Shown here: positions 27,420 to 41,750 of the stretch, piece by piece | Layout of the letters: each line of letters opens with the position of its first letter | How positions within the stretch are numbered: the first letter of the stretch is position 1 | Assembly: GCF_006345805.1 (NCBI RefSeq) | Contig: NC_043012.1 | Location: 41,602,001 to 41,666,000 of the forward strand | Direction: 5' to 3' | Length of the DNA stretch: 64,000 bases | From: Octopus sinensis | Taxonomy: Eukaryota | The notes under the pieces: model-generated | Seen by the model: the letters and a program-made list of their open reading frames with translations, nothing else | Told to the model about the DNA's origin: nothing | The model's database searches: none | Made by a program: the position numbers and the translations under genes

Positions 27420-27805
27420 TGGAAGCACTCCGTCGGTTACAACGACGAGGGTTCCGGTTGATCCGAATCAACGGAACAGCCTGCTCGTGAAATTAACGTG
27501 TAAGTGGCTGAGCACTCCACAGACACGTGTACCCTTAACGTAGTTCTCGGGGATATTCAGCGTGACACAGAGTGTGACAAGGCCGGTCCCTTGAAATACA
27601 GGTACAACAGAAACAGGAAGTAAGAGTGAGAGAAAGTTGTGGTGAAAGAGTACAGCAAGGATCACCACCATTCCCTGCCGGAGCCTCGTGGAGCTTTTAG
27701 GTGTTTTCGCTCAATAAACACTCACAATGCTCGGTCTGGGAATCGAAACCGCGATCCTATGACCGTGAGTCCGCTGACCTAACCACTGGGCCATTGCGCC
27801 TCCAC
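27420..27805 (-). mobile_element. Family C SINE, full length
   Basis: tRNA-like head at 27745-27805 (minus strand), shared core and tail. Confidence 0.9.
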
Positions 27806-28363
27806 CAATTGTATATATACATATAGATAGATGGGTGTGCGTGTGCGAGAGTGTATGTGCGCGTGTGTGTGTGTGTCTGTATGTGTGTGAGCGTACCTGT
27901 GTATGTGTGCTTGCCTGTATACATTCACATGCAGACATATATATGGTTGTGTGTGTGTGTATGTATGTATGTATGTATGTATGTATGTATGTATGTATGT
28001 ATTGTATGTATGTATGTATGTATGTATGTATGTATACGCATATCTGCAAGAGCAGCCGAAAATATATACACATATATTTACAGACACATACATGAATATT
28101 CTATACATTCACTCAAATACAAACATGCATATATATATATGTGTGTGTGTGTGTGTGTATTTACGTATACAGCATATACATATATATATACACATACATA
28201 TTAAGCAGATATATACATATATATATATACATGACTATATAAGTATATACATATGGACACGCACATAACTAAATAAATATTTATACATGTGTGTGTGTGT
28301 GTGTGTGCGTGCGTGTGGGTATCTGTATACACACCTATATATTTGATTATCAGAGGGAGAGAT

Positions 28364-28399
<36 letters not shown>

Positions 28400-28871
28400 A
28401 AAACTGAAAACAGAGAAAGAGAGAGAGAAAGAGAGTGAGGTGTGGCGATCTGACTGTTTTCCTTTACGTTACATTTTCACAATAAAATTATTTTTCGCAA
28501 TTTAAATCGTTGCATTTAGATAAATTTAAGACAATAGCTAAATATTAATATTGTTTAGAAATATTTTTTTCTGTTTATTGAGAATTCTTTGCACATTCTC
28601 ATTTTCTTTAAAATAAATTGAAATAAATTCATCCTCCTCCTTTTAGTTTTATAACATTCCTCTCATTTTTATTCTTTTAAACTTGCTCCACATTCTGTTT
28701 TAAACTCTTAAATCTCGCATTCTGGCAATCTTTTTCATTTGATTTTTCGTCCCTTCTTCATTTATAGCCCACAGTCTTCTTTCTTCTTCTAACGAACCGT
28801 TTTATATTAACTACCCCCCCCCCTCTCTCATTCTCATCCCATTTTTCTCGTTTGTTTTTCATTATTCAAGC

Positions 28872-29128
28872 TGACGAGCTGGCAGAAACGTTAACACGCT
28901 GGGCGAAATGCTTGGCGGTATTTCGTCTGTCGTAGGTTCTGAGTTCAAATTTCACCGAGGTCGACTTTGCCTTTCATCCTTTCGGGGTCGATAAATTAAG
29001 TACCAGTTACACACTGGGTTCGATGTAATCGACTTAATGCCTTTGTCTGTCCTTGTTTGTCCCCTCTGTGCTTAACCCCTTGTGGGTAGTAAAGAAATAG
29101 GTATTTCGTATGCCGTTACGTTCTGAGT
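28872..29128 (+). mobile_element. Family A SINE
   Basis: Near-identical to 59-293. Confidence 0.9.
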
Positions 29129-29191
29129 TTATTATTATTATTATCATTATTATTATTATTATCATTATTGTTATTGTTGTTGCTGTTGTTG

Positions 29192-29238
<47 letters not shown>

Positions 29239-29351
29239 ATTATTATTGAGGTCACTGACTGGAATCGAACCCCAAGATTCCGAGTTCGATTCTAGGCAGA
29301 CATGAATAATAATAATAATCTGAGTAATCATTCCTATGGTATTTTCCGATC

Positions 29352-29389
<38 letters not shown>

Positions 29390-32300
29390 GAGGTTACTGA
29401 CAGGAATTTGAACTCAGAACGTAACAGCAGACGAAATATCGCTAAGCATTTCGCCCGGCGTGCTAACGATTCTGCCAGCTCGCCACTTTTGGACCTATGC
29501 TTCTATCCTTACCGCTACCAGTTTTACGATCACCATCACCACTAATGCTACTACAACCGATACTGCTGCAGCAAACACAATGGCTATGAGAATATCAGCA
29601 AGATACAACGACAACAAGAGGAACATCATCACGAATGGCAAAATAACAGAAGAGCAGATACCAAGAGAAATAACGATAACTGCAAAAATAACAGTGACAC
29701 TAAATAAAAAAAAAGATCGATCCTGATATGAGTAATGTTAGCAACAACAAAATTAATTTATAGAAATTCATTTACCGTAATTGACTTCAATTATTGTCTG
29801 CTACAAGTCTGACTTTCGCATTAATATACATATGAGTGTCAAGGCGGAGAGATGGTAGAATCGTTAACACACTGGGGAAAATGCTTAGATGCGTTTCTTC
29901 TGTCTTTACATTCCGAGTTCGAATCCTGCCGAAGTTGAATTTGCCCTTTTCTTTTTAGGATTCTGAATATTTCATACGAAACACAGTGAGATTCAAAGAA
30001 TAATATTGCTTACCAAATTTAGTTCTGTACTTTTCAAAGTATTTCTATTCTCAAGATTTTGTTTTTGTATTTGGTTTGCAAATCGTTCATTGAAATCAAT
30101 TTGTTTCATCTTAGGTGGGTCGTTACACCAATACTAACCACACGCACTGGTTCAATATCTCTTCTATATTACTAGCAAACGTAACTAAGACATAACACTG
30201 ACGAGAAAGTCAATGGAAACGAAAGGACCTTGACAAATAACTGATTGATTGATTGATTGATTGGTTAACCAACTGATTACGCAAGCAATCGATTACTTAG
30301 TTAACTAATTAATGAATTAATTTGTAATAAAGAAATGAAATTGAATCAGTGCATGTGTTTATTATTGACGTTTTGTGCCGCACTCCACGATACAACAAAA
30401 GACTTGAATGATATTCGTTTATTAAGAAAATGATAAACAACGGAACAAAGGACATCATCATCATCATCACCATCATCGTCATCGTCATCATCATCATCAT
30501 TATTGCATGCACCGATACTTAACTGGCATTTAAAATTCCATTATTACCACTGTCCATGTAATAAAGACAACAGCAACAACAACAAAGACGGCGATGACGA
30601 CAACGACAATGGTTACGATGAGTAGTAGTAGTAGTAGTAGTAGTAGTGAGAGAGAAGAAGTGTGAGGGTAGGGATGGGGAAGAGGGTCGCGCAGCGGTAG
30701 CTGAATTCGATTCTCCCAGCATCATTGGAAATTTTTATGATTGTAATTGAAAGGCAAAAAAGAATGGTAGAAATGGTAAACTGGGCAGAAGAAGTAACAA
30801 TTAATAGAATTTATGTAGCATTATGGAAGTAGTTAGAAAGAAGAAAGAGTTGGAATGTCTTGGAGGAAACGGAATGGCTGGCGAAAGCATGAAAAGGAAA
30901 AGAATAGAGAAGTTATGAGATACTATTGGGAAATGATACTGAAAAGAATATATTATAGTTGAGGAACGGAAGATCCTTCGTCAGTCTCGACGACGAGCAC
31001 TCAGTCGCGGGTCCGACTTTATCGTGAGTCTATCATGTAAGTGGTTGAGTATATCACAGATATGTGACGCTTCATTCTCAGTTTCGATCGCTGTGGTGTG
31101 ACTGCAACTTTGAATTACAAGAACAGTACAGAGAGAGAGAGAGAGAGAAGAATCGAACTCGCTATTGGATGCATGAGGCTGCTATTTTATTTATCGGTCC
31201 GGAAAAAGAAGAAATTCAATGTTAATCTCCAAGTGAATAGTACTAAGCATTCTATCAGAAAGTTTCAAGTAATCTTATCTATTCAACATCTTCAATTGAA
31301 TAATAATGATTGATATGAATGACGAAATATTAGAATTGATTAAACGTGCAGCGAATCATAACATTATCGTTGTGAGTAATATTTACATCATAAGCTTCAG
31401 TTACCTTTTAAGTTAAACTACTCTGTTTAAAGCTTTCGTACAAAAACTTTAAACATGTGTAAATACGCATTCTTATTCTCTTCGTTCAGAGAAAATTTAA
31501 AGGAGATTGCCCTGACATACCCCTCGGTTATTTGATTGCTCATCACTTTACAAGACCCCCCCCCCTTCGTTATAGGCCCACGAAGAGAAGTTATAACGAC
31601 TGTTATTTAAATGCGGCAAAGGCCTTCTTGGTTTACAATAGCCGTTGTAAGTATACAGTATTTAGAGATAATTTCTTAGACGAGTACAGGAATTCAAGAA
31701 TAGGTGCGGAAACAAATAGTTTATTATATCCGCCCCAGACCAGAACTTTTTCTTAACATTCGCTGAAACTGAAGGGCAAATTTGTTCTCGGTGGAATTTA
31801 AACAACTGAAATCCTTTGGGGCCAAGAGCCAGCATTACTAGAGTCCAGCCATATGATTGCCCTTCTATTATATGGAGTATTGTCGACAGGGACGTCTTTA
31901 TGTACCATCGGATGACGCAACTGTAAACTCTGTCTTTTAAGAAACAGCGTATATTTAAGCAGAATGTCTCAGAAACACAGCATCTCAAAATCGGTTCTTG
32001 CGTCGATTCTGAACGACTCGAAAAAAGCACAGGTGAAAACCAAGGAAGACAACTATTTTAATAATACAAGTTAATCTCTGTCGATCCGCTTCAATTAAAT
32101 TATATCATCACAGTCACAGTTCAATAATACTTCGCAGCCTGTAACTATGTTCCCCAGTTGACCCAGAACACTTATTGAGGAAACAAACTTACCAGAAGCG
32201 AATAATGATACACCTTCCAAACCGAACGCGGCTAATTCTTCATTCATCGCATACATCTGATTAATAATTCACGTGTTTGTGCATAAGAAACTCTGCATTA

Positions 32301-33249
32301 CGGGCGTACTATTGTAAATATTGACACTATCAGGGAAATGTTCAAATTATGTTGGTCCAATTCTGTTCAACCATCTTACAGAACGGCATGCACCTGTAAT
32401 TGCTCTAACCCCACAGCAATTATTTGGGTTTGCTATTTGCTGAACGCTTGGTCTTTTCCGTTAGATTTGAACTTTTGCTCACTCACCTCGGCCATATTCA
32501 TGATAATATATTCCTTCTTCCCTCTTCCATTCAAAAACCACTGTTTTACTGTCTTTTCTATGACGATTGGCCACTCAGAGGACAAAGTATAAATCGATAA
32601 TAATCCCTGTACAGAAAGAACCCTACACTACAATCATTGTAGAGATCAATAGATACAGTTATAAATACACAGACACTCGCGCACAAACTCACACACATAT
32701 ACCACATACATATACATATAGTTACAAACTATGCTATATAATACGTGCTTAGAACCCGTTGTCATGAGTATCTATGAATAACGTGAGTAATGAGGTATGA
32801 GCCTGTTGCAATTAAACTAGATGTATCTATTGTGTAGGTTTACAGGGTCTTTTTCACTTATTAAATAGGTAAAAAAAATTTATAAATATCACTGGAAAAT
32901 GAAAATCGAAATCCTTAAATCCTTAAATCCTTAAAAATGCTTCGGCCCGAAGGCCGCGGCCATGCTGGGGCACCACCGCTGGGTCGATATATATACAGAA
33001 TGGATAGATATTCTCACATTTCTTTCTAATATGTCACTCCTGAGGTATTGGTTAAACTTAGGTTATGGTAGAAGAAAATTGGTAGTACCCAATCCTGGTT
33101 TTTATTGGATGGCATCCACCGAAGCTGAGGAGCAGCAGTGTGAAACATGGCCGTGAAGCAAATTTTAAAACCATAAAATCACTAATAGTTTCATCCACCA
33201 ATTGAGTGTCTTCAATCCAGCATCTGAGATCACATTCCTTAACAGAAAC

Positions 33250-33545
33250 TGGTAATCCGTCGGTTGTGGTGACGAGGATTCCAGTCAGGTTCCAACTGAT
33301 GGAACAGCCCGCGTGTTGGCTTAAAGTGCAAGTTGTCGAACATTTCATAGACACGCATAATACACTAAACGTACTTCTCATCGGGGATTCAGCGTGACGC
33401 AGAATGTAGTAAGGTTGGCCCTTTGAATTAATGGTACAACTCATTTTTATTAGCAAAATCAATGTGACATAAAGCGTCATGTTCAAGTACACAACCTGCT
33501 GCCGGGAATCGAACTCAGGGCGTAATGATCGTGAACCGAATACAT
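33250..33545 (-). mobile_element. Diverged family C SINE
   Basis: Core 'ggaacagcccgcgtgttggcttaaagtgcaagt' and head 'gggaatcgaactc'. Confidence 0.75.
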
Positions 33546-33571
33546 GCCTTCACTGAATCACATATGCAATC

Positions 33572-33815
33572 GGGAACACAATACCTATTTCTTTACTACC
33601 CACAAGGGGCTAAACACAGAGAGGACAAACAAGGACAGACAGACGGATCAAGTCGATTACATCGACCCCAGTGCGTAACTGGTACTTAATTTATCGACAC
33701 CCAAAGAATGAAAGGCAAAGTAGACCTCGACGGAATTTGAACTCAGAACGTAACGGCAGACGAAATACGGCTACGCATTTCGTCCGGCGTGCTAACGTTT
33801 CTGCTAGCTCCGCCT
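33572..33815 (-). mobile_element. Family A SINE
   Basis: Reverse complement of 59-293. Confidence 0.9.
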
Positions 33816-34752
33816 TTCGGGAACACAATACCAATGAAAGAAAACGAACCGACAAAAGAACCGCCGCTGATTCACCTTATCGAATCGAAACAAATCCGCT
33901 GAGGTTTTCAGTCCCCAAATCCTTGATTATCTTATTGATGTAAACACAAATAAATAATCTCAACAGATAAATAAGAAATTAATGAATCAATTAATACGTC
34001 GTCAGGAGATGAATGAAAGAAAGTTTGAATTATAGTTGTGAAATATCACGAGACAGTTTACAATGTAATCAAAAGAAAATCTTGTAGTGTGATTTCCACA
34101 CTAATTCGGTTTAAGTTGGCTTATCTTTCTTTTAACCGCTAATGAAAGACGCAGACAAATTATTAGTCCTCTATCTTATCTATAACTTTAATATATGTCT
34201 ATCTTTCGTTGAATGTGGCCATGCACAGCTCCACAATCAGGCTTTAGTCAATCAACCCCCGTATTTCTATCTGCTACTTGTTTCAGTAAAACAAAATGGC
34301 ATAATGGGAAACGTGTTGGAATCACGTCTGTAAGGCCGTGGTTTCAATTCCCATGTTAGACAGTACACAGATAAAACGCTAGACGTTTTATCTATAAAAT
34401 CAATTCCACTATTAGCTAGTGAGGTTAAGGTCAAGATTTCAATTCTCAGCCTAGGCAGTACGTTGTGTTCTCGAGGGAAACATAATTTCACGTTGCCTTA
34501 ATCCTCTCAGGTAAGATCAGCACCAACAACAGGTGGAGTTTCATTGTGCTCTCTCGGTCGTCATGGCAACCGTATTAAGTTCCCGCTTATTGAGCCAGTA
34601 GACACGTGAGAAACCGAAGGCATTGAGTCTTATTTTATCGAACCATTCACTTGCTGGACACAAGGTCGTACAATACAAATATATCACCGATTACATTACG
34701 GAGTCAGTGATGGACACACGTTTTATATATGTAATCACATACACACACAGAT

Positions 34753-35060
<308 letters not shown>

Positions 35061-35788
35061 GCAGAAAGACAGAGAGACAAACGGATATGGATGTACATAA
35101 ACAAACTCTTTCAGTTATGGATGTACATAAAAAAAAATGTTCGGATATGGATGTACATAAGTATAGAAGAAATAAGGACAAACAAAACTTTCTATTATTG
35201 TTGTGTATTAGGAAGATGTTTAACACAATTTTTAGAGCGTCAGAAAATAATTGCTCCGTGGCACTTGTTTGTCACTCCTCACGTTTTCAGCTCAAATCCC
35301 GCTGGTGTCAGCTCCAGTCTTTCATCAATCCAAGACCGACAAAGTCGAGTACTTATGGTCGATGGCCACGAATAATCTCACGACCTTCTCTCGAAATTAA
35401 TGATTAGTAACTGAATAAAAGTAAGTGAAAAAACGTGTTATGTTGTACATCAATCATTTCTAAAGACCTAAAACCGATTTCTTTGAAAATATGGGTTCCA
35501 ATTTATGTGAAAATTAGAAACAAAACAGGAAGTATTGGAAGTGTAAGCACCATTTTTTGAGACATTCATTGAATTTTGCTGTTTATAATTCCTATTTCCT
35601 TACCAAATTCCTTCTGTTTAACCAAGGAAACTCACATATTTTCTGAGAACATTCTACAAAAAAAAACAAAAAAACAGGCAAATGATTTATTTTAAGAAAC
35701 TTTTTAACATTTATTTTCTCAATTTTCGATTTTATTTTTCTCTACATTCATATATATTTTTTATATATGTGTATGTGTATGTGTGTAG

Positions 35789-35831
<43 letters not shown>

Positions 35832-37749
35832 GTGTGTGTGTGTGTGTGTATATGTATGCATGCATGTATGTATGTATGCATGTGTGTGTGTGCGTGAGTG
35901 TATGTGCATCTGTATATGTGGGTATGTATTTATGCTTGTATGTTTGCATGTATAGATGTGAATTTATGGATATATGTACGCATATGTGTATGAATGCATG
36001 TCTACAAATGTATATATATATATATATTAGCATGCTTGTTTATATATATACATATATAAGCAAGTGCGTATATATGTGGGTATGTATGTATATATGTGCG
36101 TATATATATATATATATATATATATGTATTTTTTGTGTGAGTGTCCGTATGTATGGAGGTAGGTACGTTCGTATGATAATCTAACATGGATTCAATAATG
36201 TTCACTTGTGACATGTAAAATGAGAAACTGTTGTACTTTTAAATTGTATAGATTTATTTAAATTGCATTTATTTATTTCTTTATTCAATATGAAACAGTT
36301 TCCTCCTCTCCCTATCACCCATTCACTCATTTCTCCCGTTGCTCTTCTTTTACCAACACGCACACACAAGAACAGCAACACTTTCATACACGCAACTACA
36401 TACAGACACGCACACGAACACTAAACGACGTGTATGTAAATACACACAGAACAATATGCACACACATACGCACACACACACACTCACAGCCTCTTTATCT
36501 TTTTCTCTTTATCTCTCACTTTCTAACCACATTAACGGACTTATTGGTTCCATCGTAAATGGAATTTTCCTGAAATTTTCCAGAACTTTTTGCGTGTTCT
36601 CGTCTATGAAATATACAAAATGGAAGAGTGAGAAAAAAAAAAACAGAAAAGACGGGAAAATAAAACAGGAATAAAATCGTTAAACATATTTGCATAATTT
36701 TAAAGTTTTATAATTATTATATGTATTCTTTGAGGAGCGACTGCAGAGAGACATTCTCGTCGGTTCATTGTGTTGTTGATGTTGTTTTCAACTGATAATT
36801 TTGGCTTGTTCATGTTGTTGTTGTTGTTGCTTTTATTTTTGTTGTCAAAAATAAATTATTGTTGTTGTTATCATTGTCGATGTTGTTGTTTCTTTTCCAT
36901 TTACTTTCTGTGGTTAGCAATGCAGTAGAAGTTGAAAACGAATCCGTGTTCTTTTAAAAGACGAGACGAACGAAATAGCAGGATCGGCAAAAAATAATAC
37001 ATTTAAATCTATTTGCACACATTTACTTCTATTGAGTTCAAACCTTAGTTTGGCCAACCTTTGTTTCGCCTTCTAGATGTATACATCTTCATTATGGCAT
37101 TTATAATTATATGAGATGAATGTATGTCATCTGTAAGTTTATTTTAAAAGGCCGCAATTTACCTAGCACTCTCGTTGGCCGCTGCTGAGGCAAATCTTCG
37201 TCTTCCTCTGACATTTATTGTGTTTTTAATATAGCACGTCCAAAAGAGATATTGTCTCCGTACAAACATCACGTTGACAGCCCTCTTGATGTGTGTATAC
37301 ATTATAAATAGATGGCTATGCGTGTGTGATTATGGGTATCGTTTGCACTATTAATGGTGTATATCCTATAAACTTTTTTTGAGTATGGATGTATGGTCAG
37401 CTAATATTTTCTTATTTGGTTTTGCTTTGTGTTGCGTGATGTTACCCAGTCTTATAAGAGATCTACATACGTACCTACATACAGAAACATATTCACACAT
37501 GCATACATTTATGTTTATATACGCACACATGCATACATGCATACATATATACATGCATACATACATGCATATATACTCACCTGACTAAATACATACATGT
37601 GGTCTATAATCATAAAGTGTTTTATACAAGTTAAATTTGTTCATTTTTCAATTCAAGTTTTGTTTTGATGCATATTTCAGATTTGCGGAAACCTGCAGGC
37701 AATTAAGCACGTACATTTATCAACATGTATACATTATGTATGTGTATAT

Positions 37750-37826
<77 letters not shown>

Positions 37827-39719
37827 TATATACGTGTTTGAGAAGTGTTCTAACATTTTGCTTTAAGGATAGCAGAGTTGTTACTAGACAAAACGCTGTG
37901 GAATGATCAATGATTTTGTCCTGTTACTTCCAGACAATACACAAGTTTACAAAGAGCAACATTTTGTAAAAGTGACTTTCACAGACAATTCGCCTTCGAC
38001 AACATTTCCAAGATGGCCACGAAACAATTATTCACTACGCAGGAGAAAGTGACATTTCTAAATATCAATGAATAGCCGTGCTCGCAATACGAAAAACGGT
38101 TCTCAGATGACGCTGATTTTTTTTCTCTTTTTTGTCAATTTTATTATTTGCTACGAATTAAACTACAAACAAAAAAATTACAAAACTATTGTTTCCTTGC
38201 CAGCCTGCTGTTATGTCGGAACACTTTTCACACACGAAAATACACACGGGTGTGTTTCATTTCATTGTATGAAAGAGTACATTTCTATTGCGATTGCTTT
38301 GTTCGTGGCTGCGCAGAATGTGACCGAAAGTAGCAGACGTCTATCTAAATCAGCACTCAACCATCGTTTTGGTTTATTTCACATTTTTATTTATTTTTTA
38401 AATCAAATTCAGTAATCTGAGAAATATGTATATTTGTATGTAGGTGTACACACGGTAGACACATCGGTATATATATCTGTGCGTATATGTGTGTGTGTGT
38501 GTGTGCGTGTTTGTGTGTGTAAATCTGTATGTTTCTGTGTATCTCTGTGTATATGTGTGTGCCTGTGTGTGCTTGTGTGGTGTGTGTGTATGCGTCTGTG
38601 TGTATTGGTATGTGTCTGTGTGTTTGTGTGTTTGTATCTGTGTGTGTGTCTGTGGCTGTGTGTTTATCGAAATTAGGTTGACATTGCCTATGCAGACGTA
38701 ATGTTATTTTGGCAGCCATATTTATTTTGTCTCTATCTTTCTGGTAAATAGGTATCAAGACACAACACCACGCAGACACAACGCAAAAACACATGTAGAG
38801 TAATGGTCTTGCTACACGAGATGGTCACGACTAGAATACATTTCATCCTAGAAATGCCCCATTGCTATGTTTACAGCAAAAACATAAACAGAAGTACCAG
38901 GTTTTAAGAAAATAAGTAGTGGGGTCGATTCGTTCGACTAAAATTCTTCAGGACAGTGCTCCAGCATGGCGGTAGTCTACCGACTGTGACAAGTTGGTGT
39001 TAAAAGGTAAAAGATATACTATCAAATGCAATGGTGGCAGCGAAGATTACATTGGACAAAACAAATATTAAGCATGAGATTAATGTTTCATCGAATCAAA
39101 TATGAGATTTCAGCACTGGACAAATCCCACTCAGTGAGCATTTGGACATATACGCAAAAACATCCCAAATTTCTTGTCTTCCTATGTTAATACAAGATAT
39201 CAAACAAACAAATTAGATAAGGAAAATTCGTTTATTAAAAAGTACAAAACATGCCTGAAATTGCGATTAAAACATCACTTAATATACAATTGGCGTTTTT
39301 CACTATGAATGTTATATGCCATATCTACCAGACAAAGATTTCGACGTGACATTCTCACACGATTCACACATGATCTTAACACATGGACTTTGCGAAAACT
39401 AACTGAAAATTCCTTTCACTCACCAGATAACCATCCGCAACCAATTTGCACGTTAAATAGAGCGTTCTGAACCACATTCATTCTATAAAAATTAAAGGAT
39501 GTGTACAGCAGTGGCGAGACTAGACAGACATTGCAACACAGCTGCACATACCATCCACTTTCGAAAATCAAATGGGAAACGGGCTAAGTATATACATATG
39601 TGCGTGTGCGTCTGTGTGTGTGTCTGTCTGTCTATCTGTCTGTATGTATATATATGTATATAGATATATACATACACACACACACACACACAAACATACA
39701 TACATACACACATATATAC

Positions 39720-39817
<98 letters not shown>

Positions 39818-40230
39818 GTTTCTTTATTGGCCACACAGGGCTGCACACAGATGGGACAAGTTACAAGGTAGAGCTTTTCTTTTGGGGGATGAAAAAAAGG
39901 GGGTGGCGTAGGTTTTCGATCAAGAGGGATCGTAAAATGGAAGAAAAGAACAAAAAAAAAAGAAAAAAAGAAAGAAAACAAAAATAGAATAAAAAATAAA
40001 AGGAATAAAAGAAGAAAAAAGAAATGGAAAGGAACAAAAGAAAAGAGAAATGAAAAAAGAAGAAAAGGGGGAAAAAAGGGGAAGAGGAGAAAAAAAAGGA
40101 ACGATCAATAGGGATCGTGTATCACAGTGTTATGATATATGGTGTAAAGGGGAAAGCAAGTAAGGTTTATTCGTGGGAAGAAAAGCCTACGAAAAAGACC
40201 ACGGTAACCTTGGTCAATATTGTTATATGT

Positions 40231-40277
<47 letters not shown>

Positions 40278-40508
40278 TCTACGTTTTGAATGAAACATGT
40301 GCACACAGCTTGAGTGATGGTTGGAATCACAGGCATGGTATAAAAGTCTGCATAACAATTTGCGTTATTGGCAAGAAATTACAACTAGCTCATATTTTAA
40401 TACGGTGCACATTAAATTATGCTTACATATACGAATACACACACACACACACACACACACACACTTACATACATACATAAATAGACACAGACATATATGT
40501 ATGTGTAT

Positions 40509-40539
<31 letters not shown>

Positions 40540-40543
<4 letters not shown>

Positions 40544-41725
40544 AATCAAGGAACGGCCATAATAGGCCATTCACCCACTAGAAATAACAGCCAAAGCTTC
40601 AACCGCAAAATAACATTAATTCCGCAAACCAGGAGAAAATTAAAAAACATTTACCCTGTAATTTCTTATACGATGCACCGTTTCATCTACTGTTTAATGG
40701 TAAACTAACCTGATTAAATTAAATCAAGCCAATCTTCCATAGGCCCTTAGATTCGTCAGTAAGAAATAGCCAGATCGGAACAGATATTTTCACGAGGCAT
40801 TTCTGTCCCTGCCTCGGCAATATCTGACCTAAAATTTTCAAATCATCGCACTCGCGCCAAATTTATCGGCAGCAAATAAATATAAGCTGCCGATTCCATT
40901 ACGGAATCAACCAGAAAATTCATAATTAATCAATATAGGGTGGCAAAAAAAATTTTGTAGAATTTTTTTGCCACCAGCGGCCTAGTGGGAAAAAGTTAAA
41001 TAGTCAAAGACCATTTATAAGTTCAACATCACAATCAAGGAACGGCCATAATAGGCCATTCACCACTAGAAATAACAGCCAAAGCTTCAACCGCAAAATA
41101 ACATAATTCCGCAAACCAGGAGAAAATTAAAAACATTACCCTGTAATTTCTTATACGATGCACCGTTTCATCTACTGTTTAATGGTAAACTAACCTGATT
41201 AATTAAATCAAGCCAATCTTCCATAGGCCCTTAGATTCGTCAGTAAGAAATAGCCAGATCGGAACAGATATTTTCACGAGGCATTTCTGTCCCTGCCTCG
41301 GCAATATCTGACCTAAAATTTTCAAATCATCGCAATCGCGCCAAATTTATCGGCAGCAAATAAATATAAGCCGCCGATTCCATTACGGAATCAACCAGAA
41401 AATTCATAATTAATCAATATAGGGTGGCCAAAAAATTTTGTAGAATTTAGGTTAGTTTACCATTAAACAGTAGATGAAACGGTGCATCGTATAAGAAATT
41501 ACAGGGTAAATGTTTTTTAATTTACTCCTGGTTTGCGGAATTAATGTTATTTTGCGGTTGAAGCTTTGGCTGTTATTTCTAGTGGGTGAATGGCCTATTA
41601 TGGCCGTTCCTTGATTGTGATGTTGAACTTATAAATGGTCTTTGACTATTTAATTTTTTCCCACTAGGCCGCTGGTGGCAAAAACATTCTACAAAATTTT
41701 TTTTGCCACCCTATATTGATTAATA
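40540..41725. repeat. 489-bp tandem duplication followed by an inverted segment
   Basis: 'tcacaatcaaggaacggcc' at 40540 and 41029; 41449-41724 is the reverse complement of about 40925-41177. Confidence 0.92.
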
Positions 41726-41750
41726 AATATATATATATATATATATATAT

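Noticed and set aside
31600-32050. Possible very old DD37D transposase C-terminal remnant (…IIWSIVDRD)
   Set aside because: Similarity is too weak to support by eye.
35086-35160. Three copies of TATGGATGTACATAA at an exact 30-bp period with differing spacers (CRISPR-like)
   Set aside because: Eukaryotic context, repeat too short, spacers partly similar and no cas genes; it is a degenerate minisatellite.
40652-40660. TACCCTGTA resembling the miR-10 5' end
   Set aside because: The match stops after 9 nt and there is no precursor hairpin.
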